Shown here one piece after another: positions 55,667-64,000 of a stretch of DNA of 64,000 bases (position 1 is its first letter; each line of letters opens with the position of its first letter). Under the pieces are notes generated by a model, which made no database searches, was not told the origin of the DNA, and saw only the letters and a program-made list of their open reading frames with translations. The position numbers were made by a program, and so were the translations under genes. Source of the stretch: the human T2T-CHM13v2.0 reference genome, Homo sapiens. Location: NCBI RefSeq assembly GCF_009914755.1, contig NC_060941.1, one strand, 5' to 3'.

Positions 55667-56680
55667 TATCATATATCAAGAAGATTGGATCCAAGTGTGA
55701 GTAAAGATATGGCTACATGATGTAGCGCATTTCACTGGACTTTTACTAGCAGGTGTGGAATTGAGACTGATGCCATATAGGATGCTGAGTGAATTTACAG
55801 CCATTTGGCTTGGTTTGCTGCTGGCCCAACCTTCTTTTTCAAAATTATCTATATGAAGCCTCTCCTGTGGCTACTGACTGATTGTGTATTTTACTATGTC
55901 CACAAAGGATGGGAAAGAGCAAAAGCCAATGTGTTGAATCCAGCCATGGACAGGATGTTAGCAAAGAACCCTTTGTGGCTTGTTATTGGAGACAGAGGGG
56001 AAATCATCAAGATTTTAGGGGGAAATCAGCTCTGTAAATAAATTACATTGAACTATAGGGATTGGCAAACAAAATCCATTTATCTGCCCCATTAAGCTGG
56101 TGTCATACCCAATAAAATCACAAGGTTAATAACAAATTATTATAAATGGTAGGAAATTGTTGGTAATAGATACATTTTAAAAAAGAGGATTTATCAGGGC
56201 AATTTCTAGCAGAGATAGTTATTCTCCCATTTTTTTAAGGAAGTATACTTTAAAAGAAGTATGTGAAAGAAATGTAGGTATGTAAGAAAGGTAAGCAGAA
56301 GCAACATCTTTTGGTTACCTGTTAGCTGAATTTCCCTTGCAGGAACATGATGCCTCATAGAATTTATAGTCTTGAATCTTATCTTGCCTGCTAGGGAGAA
56401 AATAAAATAAGATTCGCAAAACATTTAAGTTTACTAATTCTTTAGCTAGATCGGTTTCTGAACTTTTCTGCATACCTGGATACGAACAGAGAAGAGGGGA
56501 TGCTGCACTCCAGGGGTTAAGTGATGGGGTGATAGGAAAGAGTGTAGGTAAGGTGTCAAAAGGGAAAGATTTGTGAGACTAGTCTACCCTGCTTCATGTT
56601 TTATCTAAGGATTTTTAGACCATGACTTAGGATTGTGCACCCAGGGTTTTTTTTTTTTTTAGACTGATGAAGATAGATAA

Positions 56681-56986
<306 letters not shown>

Positions 56987-57866
56987 TGATAACGCACATG
57001 TTAATAGAAGAACTTTAGTGGCTGCTTCCCAAACTTCACTCTAAAAGATAAATCAACTTGTGACCTCTGCCTTTCAAACCACCTCTGCCACCTCCTTTTC
57101 CTCCATTTTTAAAGAGTATTCTCTACTAGAAAACCTAACTGTTACTCTTAAGTATTCTATCATTACAGATGCTTTTCTGAGAAAAACTAATGATGTAATA
57201 CCATTCAACTACAGGGAGCATCAAGACACTGGCATTTGGAAATCTAGAAGCAATTCAACTGAAGATGACTCATCTTTTCATTAAAAGGAAGATCCATTCA
57301 CTGTTTCTAGCGCTTCACTTAGTGGCAACATTAAGTCTTTAGAGAAGTTTGAGTTAGGATGAGTGCAGCTGGTTATATGCATTGTTTTATTAATTCAGTT
57401 ATTCATTCACTTTAATGGCAAGTTACAATGGCACTTAAACAATGTTTCAACAACTCTGCTAGATTTGGGAATAAAACACAAGGGTAAAAGACCCATCCCT
57501 GGTCTTTGACAGTGTAAGGTATGGCAGATTATTTAAATAATATGATAAATAGTAAAGTATCAGTAAACCTTTAGGGTTAGGGAAGATGAAATGTGAGCTC
57601 AAAACCCATACACGGCTAAAGGAGAAGATGTGAGGAAATACTTCCTCTAAATATCCAAACTGTGGTTTTGTCATGAAAGGAGATTAGAGTGAAGAAAAAT
57701 GGACAGTAAGGGAAGATATTCTTGTTCCTGGATAAGTAGAGTACATAAAGGATTTAGTGGTTATATTTTACCTTCAAAATGAGAATATAGTGAAATATTA
57801 TAATTGGAGAAGAATGATCATACTCATGCTTCAGAAAAGTCAGCGTGAAGAATGAATAGAATGAAG

Positions 57867-57870
<4 letters not shown>

Positions 57871-57900
<30 letters not shown>
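57871..57900 (+). repeat. (AC)15 microsatellite
   Basis: Direct reading. Confidence 0.95.
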
Positions 57901-57903
<3 letters not shown>

Positions 57904-57924
57904 AAACAACAAAAACAATTTAAG

Positions 57925-58150
57925 AAGCAGTATATCCTAGCAGTTAAGATCAAAGACTGGGGAAAAGACTGCCTATCCTGGCTGTTCTAAATAATAGCTG
58001 TGCAATCCTTGCAGAAGTTCTCTCTGTGTCCTGGTTCTTTTTTTCTGTAATAATAATGGTACTAATGCTGTAAAATTTTATAAGAATTAGAAGAGTGAAT
58101 ACATGCGAAATTGCTTAGAACAGTGCCTGGAACTTAGAGAATGTTCTATG
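57925..58150 (+). mobile_element. MIR SINE
   Basis: gttaagatc...agactgcc...tagctgtgcaatcctt...gcttagaacagtgcctgg. Confidence 0.75.
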
Positions 58151-58189
58151 AGAGTAAACTTGTAGAACAACGCGGTGACGCATGGGATA

Positions 58190-59045
58190 AATTAGGCGGA
58201 TCCAGGTTGATAGTGCAGTGAGGATAGAGAGCGGGAAGTGATTTTGAGAAATATTAAATAAGTAGAATCTATAGGAGTTGGTAACTGTATTAATTTGTTC
58301 TCATGCTGCTAATGAAGACATACCTGACACTAGGTAATTTATAAAGGAAAGAGGTTTAATTGACTTACAGTTCCACATGGCTGGAGAGGTCTCACAATCA
58401 TGGTGGTAGGCAAGAGAAAGCTTGTGCAGGGGAACGCCCCTTTATAAAACCATCAGATCTTGTGAGATTTATTCCGTATCACGAGAACAGCATGGGAAAT
58501 ACCCACCCCAATGATTCAATTACCTCCCACCAGGTCCCTCCCATGACACGTGGGAATTGTGGGAGCTACAATTCAAGATGAGATTTGGGTGGGGACACAG
58601 CCAAACCATATCAGTAACTTATTAGATGTAAGAACTTAGAAACAGAAGGCTTGAATAAACCCCAGGTTTTTCCTTTTGTGTCTGATGGATGGTGTGTCTC
58701 TCTTCACTGCAATAAAAATACAGGAAGAAAGCCCATCTAAGGAAAGAGATGATGAATTCAGTTTTGGATGCAGACTTGGAGATGTCTTAGGATTTCTAAA
58801 TAATAAGGTCCAATGGGAGATTGACTATCATGAATTATAGGCAAGAGAAGCTTGCCAGAAGATATAGATTTAAGGGGCCCTTAGAATATTAACGAAAATT
58901 GAGGCCATGGGAGCAGATGAGATCATTCCAGAGAGTGAATCAAATGAGGAGAAGGCCAAAAATAGGCCAAAAATAATCCACTGCAGAACATTTAAGATGA
59001 GAGTAGAATTATAAAACTAACAATAGAAACCGAGAATGAAAACAG
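58190..59045 (-). mobile_element. L2 fragment split by the THE1 LTR
   Basis: gatgaattcagttttggatg...gccatgggagcagatgagatc. Confidence 0.6.
58286..58613 (-). mobile_element. Solo THE1 (B/C) MaLR LTR with a short internal deletion
   Basis: tgtattaatttgttctcatgctgc...cagccaaaccatatca; TSD GTAAC at 58281 and 58614. Confidence 0.92.
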
Positions 59046-59054
59046 AAAGGAGAG

Positions 59055-61900
59055 ATTCCAGCTTCTGGTCATGATGGAGTAACTGCACTGCATTCAATCT
59101 CCCCTTGTAAACAACCATAAAACCAGACCAAAATCTGTACAATTGTTACAGATGTTATAGGTAATCTGATTGTTATAGATGCTGGATTATAGAAATTATA
59201 GACGCTAGATCATGTAAAGCCGTTCTGTGAACCCTGAGAGAAGGGAAATGATGACCACCAGGGTGGCCCCAGCTTTCTGCCTGAAGGCATTTTCTGCAGT
59301 GCAGTGCAAGAAGGAGAAGCCCGATTAGAGAACAAAGGGCTTGCTTAAAGAGGGATGGAGTTCAGGGCTAGGGATGCAGCTGGAATTCGTGGGGCACAGC
59401 TGTAGAAAGAAAGAACTGTGTAGTGAAGGAGCTCCTAAAATATTCACAGGCATCCTGTCGAGTATTTGGCTGAATAGTAAGTTCACACATGTAGGAAGAT
59501 ACTCCAAAAGTCTAGGCGAAAAATAACTTACTGAGTAAAGAAAAGATCCTGGGGAGCTGTAAGCTGTAATGGCCAAATCTTGGACAAGGCTATGAGATCT
59601 TTAATTTTCTACTAGCTAGAGTGAAAAATCTTGTTGAAGAGCATAAACATTCAGTAGATGTACCAGCAAGTTCACTCATTAGGAAAAGGGCACCTCTAGA
59701 TGAACCCTAACAAAGCTTAAAAGCAAATCTTTAAATAATCACACTGATGGGCACATAAACTAACTCCTCCTCCGGAACAAAATTCAAGAAGGAGTGAACA
59801 AAATCCAAACACTCAATAACTTGACATCCATATGTCTATCATATATTAATGGTAAATTTTTTTAAAAAATATAAACTAACAGGTCCCAGAAGCTCAATAC
59901 GACCCAGGCAGGATAAACAAAAAGAAAACCACAGCAAGAAACATCATAACCAAAATAATTAAATCTACAATAAAGCAAGTAAATGTGATGCTAACAAAGA
60001 AAAAGAAGTCAGTAAATATAAACAGATTCAGAAATTAGACAATAAAACTAAAAATCAAGTGCTTTAAAAGTACAATTATAGATATGCTAAATAATTTTAA
60101 AGTAAATATAACAACAATGCAGGAAAAATGAGACAATCGATAAAATGGAAATTATAAAAAAAGAAACATGAAACCTTTAGAACTTCAAAATATGGTATTG
60201 GAGTGAAAAATTCACTATATTGCACAGTTGTTTAGAAACTGCAGAAAAAAAGATAAGTAAGCTTGATTTCTCAAAAATTTAAACGTAGAATTAAATCACA
60301 TTAGCCAGTAATTTCTGAGTATATACTAAAAAGAAACAAGAGCATGGACTTGAACAGATATTTGCACACGTGTTTATTATGACATTATTCATAATAGCCA
60401 AAAGGTGGAAGCAACCAAAGAGTTCATCAGTGGATGAATGGATAAACAAAATGTGGTATATACATATAATGGAATATTAGCCTTAAAAAGGAATGAAATT
60501 CTAACATATTTACAGCATGGATAAACTTTGAAGACATTATGCTAAGTGAAATAAATCAGTCACAAAAGTACAAATATTGCATAATTCCACCTAAATGAGC
60601 TATAGAGACTTGTCAAGTTCATGGAGACAGAAAGTGAAATGGTGGTGTCCAGGGACCGGGCAGAGGGGGCAACAGGAAGTTAGTGTTTAATGACATTGGA
60701 GTTTCAACTGTAAATGATGAAAAAGTTTTGAAGGTGGATAGTGATAATATTTGTACAACATTATGAATATACTTAATGACATAGAGCTTTACACTTAAAA
60801 ATGATTAAAATGATAAATTTTATATTATTTATATTTAAATAAAATATTCTAAGTGGATAGTTTCTTTGTAATTAGATTGCAATTTATTTGCCCTTCTCTA
60901 TCTTCTAAATTTTTATAATGAACATATTGAGAAAAAAGTAAACAAACAAACTGAAAAACTAAAGTACTATGATATTTATCCCGCTCCCCAATTTGTAAAG
61001 TAACATTTAAACCAAATATATATGGGTTTACATTTCAGGGAAAGATTTTTTCTAAGGGATAATACATATGGTTGGAATAAAATGTGAAAGAATTAGTTGA
61101 ATTAGTGACTGAATTTTATGATTCCAGAAGTACATCAGAGTTTTGCTTTGCTTTTGCTTTCCTTGGTTTAGCTTTTACATAATAAAAATCACCCTATTGA
61201 AAAAATCAGTAAACTTTAGAAAAATAAAAACTATCCAGGCGAAAGTACAAAGAGAAATATCTATATTTATATCTATATCTATACCTGGCAAAAACACTGA
61301 ACCGTGGCTCAGTGACCCATATGACAATATCAAAATAATCAATATCAAATAACCCAATGCACATATAATCAGAGTACCAGAAAGAGATATTTAGGGCTGA
61401 AAAGGTACTTGATGAAATAGCAATGAAAATATTTCCAAATCTGCTAAAAATATATAAACTAGCAGATTCAGGAAAGCAACAGCTTTCCCCACATGGAATA
61501 AATGGAAGGAAAACCACAGCAATGCCCATCATAAACAAATTTGTAAAAAAAAAAAAAAAAAAAAAAGAAGGTACTATGGCAGACAAATCTTAAAGGCATT
61601 CAGTAAGGGGAAGAAGACACATTATATACAGGACAACAATGGTAGGAAAGACTGCTGATTTCTCAACAGAAACAATGATAGCCAGGAGACAAAGACCTGT
61701 CATCTTTCAGGTGTTGGAAGAGCAACAAAAAGCAAAGATAGCTATCAACATAGAATCCTATATCTAGTAAAATGAATTCTTCAAAAATGAAGACAAATAT
61801 AAAGATTTTCTAGGCATGAAAAGCTGGTAGAATTCATTGCCAGCAGAACTGATTTATAAGAAAAGCGAAGTTCATCAGCCTAAAGGAAAATGTTAAACTA
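59055..61900 (+). mobile_element. Old L1MC/MD 5'UTR plus ORF1 remnants, interrupted by other L1 pieces
   Basis: ttccagcttctggtcatgatggagtaac (L1M 5' end); ORF1-like tgaaaatatttccaaatctg and gctgatttctcaacagaaacaatg. Confidence 0.6.
60266..60845 (+). mobile_element. L1MB-type 3' end
   Basis: gacttgaacagatatttg...atagccaaaaggtggaagcaacc...gacattatgctaagtgaaata...acacttaaaaatgattaaaatg. Confidence 0.85.
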
Positions 61901-62091
61901 TGAAACTGTGAAAGGAAGCCTCAAGTGCTCCTGCACAGTTTCCAGATTCTCTTCCCATTCTTGGTGACCATGATGTTCCAGAGGAGAGAGGTTTCATCAA
62001 CATTGTTCTCTGAGTGAGGATACCCTCTTCCCTGCAAATAATTTTTATCTGGTTAACTCTTTCTCATCCTGTATTCAATTCAATAATAACT

Positions 62092-62477
62092 TGTGATACT
62101 CAATACTGAATGTCAACTTGATTGTTGAAGGATACAAAGAATTGATCCTGGGTGTTTCTGTGAGGGTGTTGCCAAAAGAGATTAACATTTGAGTCAGTGG
62201 GTTGGAAAAGGTAGACCCATAACATTTGAGTCAGTGGGCTGGGAAAGTCGAACCCACCATTAACCTGGGTGGGCACAATCTAATCAGCTGTCAGCACAAC
62301 TAAAATATAAGCAGGCAGAAAAATGTGAAAAGAGAGACTAGCCTAGCTTCCCAGTAGGGGAATCCAGCATCTTTCTCCCATGCTGGATTCTTCCTGCCCT
62401 TGAACATCAGACTCCAAGTTCATGTATATATATATGTCCCATTAGTTCTGTCCCTCTAGAGAACCCTAACTAATACA
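62092..62477 (+). mobile_element. MLT2A (A2-like) ERVL solo LTR with a 37-bp internal duplication and an internal deletion
   Basis: tgtgat...aatactgaatgtcaacttgatt...gagattaacatttgagtcagtggg...gttctgtccctctagagaaccctaactaataca; TSD taact/caact. Confidence 0.88.
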
Positions 62478-62482
62478 CAACT

Positions 62483-62755
62483 TAATCTGGAATTCTTCCC
62501 TTACACTCCAGACTATGTTTAGTTATTCTGCTGCAAGTTTTCATAGCACCCTATATTTTACTCTCTTCTTACTTATCTCAGTTTTTAATTATACAGTTTT
62601 GCAAAGATATTATTTTAGATAATTGTGTCTCCCTCCACTGGGAAATTTGCTCCATGAAAGCAGAGACTTACCTTTTAAGAACGTTGTTGTATCTCCGAGG
62701 GTTAAGATTGTTAATGTTTAAAAAAATGTTTGTTGAATGAAAGTTGAATGTTGTT
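62483..62755 (+). mobile_element. L2 3' end (also ~62020-62090, split by the MLT2A)
   Basis: tgtctccctccactggg...ctccatgaaagcagagac...atgtttgttgaatgaa. Confidence 0.65.
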
Positions 62756-63029
62756 AATTAAGAAGAATAGTATTGGAGTTTAAAGAATCAGAGTTAATAA
62801 GACTATTTCAAGTGAAGCATCACAAGATGCTGCGATGAAGGTAAGTGTTTTGAAGAAGGGAGGAACTTAGAATATTAAAAAGTCAGTGGACTTTGAGACT
62901 ACAGTTGAGTCACCTATATGACTATCTAAGTTCCACGAGATCATAAAGTTTCAAGGGATGGAAAAGCAAGAGCATAAACTAACGTATTAATATGGAACGA
63001 CACAGTCAAACATATTTTTTCAAGATGTT

Positions 63030-63340
63030 TTTGGCTGCAGTTTGGAGAAGTCTGTAAAGTAGAAACAGAGGAAGTAGGGAGATCAGAAAGAGTGGCCTCT
63101 TGCAGAAACCAGAAAGATAGTGGTCAATGGCTACAGTGATGACCATGGAGATGGTCAAAAGCACTCAGAGTCAGTGGAACATTTTGTAGTTGGAGCCAAC
63201 AATATTTGCCATTAGACATGAGATATAGGATAAAGAGAGGAGTCAAGAATGAGTCCATGATATTTAGATGAAAGCAAAGGGAGACTTGTCATTAACTGAA
63301 GTAGGAAAGATTTTGAATACAAGATCAGAAGTTTCTAGAC
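63030..63340 (-). mobile_element. L2 fragment
   Basis: tggctgcagtttggaga...gtggaacattttgtagttggagccaaca...gagaggagtcaagaatga. Confidence 0.6.
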
Positions 63341-63344
63341 ATTC

Positions 63345-64000
63345 TTTTTTTAAAATTTTACTTTAAGTTCTAGGATACATGTGCAGAATGTGCAGGTTTG
63401 TTACATAGGTATACCTGTGCCATGGTGGTTTGCTGCATCTATCAACCCATCTTCTAGATTTTAAGCCCTGTATGCATTAAATATTTGTCCTAATGCTCTC
63501 GCTCCCATTGCCCCCACCCCCCAACAGGCCCCGGGGTGTGTTGTTCCCCTCCCGCTGTGTCCATGTGTTTTCACTGTTCAACTCCCACTTATGAGTGAGA
63601 ATTCCAGTGTTTGGTTTCCTGTTCCTGTGTTAGTTTGCTGAGGATGATGGCTTCCAGCTTCATCCATGTCCCTGCAAAAGACATGATCTCATTCTCTTTT
63701 ATGACTGCATAGTATTCCATGGTGTATATGGACCATATTTCTGTATCCAGTCTATCATTGATGGGCATTTGTGTTGGTTTCATGTCATTGCTATTGTCAA
63801 TATTGCTGCAATAAACGTATGTGTGCTTGTGTCTTTCTAGCGGAGTGATTTATATTACTTTGGGTATATACCCAGTAATGGGATTGCTGGGTCAGATGGT
63901 ATTTCTGGTTCTAGATCCCTGAGGAATCGCCACACTGTCTTCCACAATGGTTGAACTAATTTAATTCCCACCTACAGTGTAAAAGCGTTCCTATTTCTCC
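63345..64000 (-). mobile_element. L1PA8-like 3' end, continuing beyond the window
   Basis: gatacatgtgcagaatgtgcagg...ttttaagccctgtatgcatta...; the ORF track shows the ORF2 C-terminus (SFAGTWMKLEAIILSKL). Confidence 0.9.

Noticed and set aside
59880-59960. ORF1-like segment resembling 61465-61540, as a local duplication
   Set aside because: Similarity is low and is explained by ordinary old L1 homology.

Overview
Primate (almost certainly human, 17q24.3) genomic DNA. It contains the 3' end of KCNJ2 intron 1 (1-1144) and the large last exon (about 1145-6365), which holds three uORFs, the whole 427-aa Kir2.1 CDS (1361-2644) and a ~3.7 kb 3'UTR. The remaining ~57 kb is gene desert on the SOX9 side. 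It is made of interspersed repeats (Alu, L1, L2, MIR, hAT DNA transposons, a full-length THE1C MaLR, and solo LTR26-like, THE1 and MLT2A LTRs), microsatellites and unique DNA with candidate enhancers. No other protein-coding gene is supported, and I found no new multi-gene system. The most interesting unexplained structure is a fossil templated insertion at 15995-16154: a 110-bp copy of a nearby LTR with fold-back hairpins at both junctions. Other notable items are a second dispersed ~125-bp duplication, DUX4-type motifs in three LTRs, and possible alternative translation of Kir2.1 (CUG extension, perfect-Kozak Met24, UGA-C readthrough that would hide the PDZ ligand). Repeat subfamily names come from remembered consensus sequences, and most repeat boundaries are approximate.
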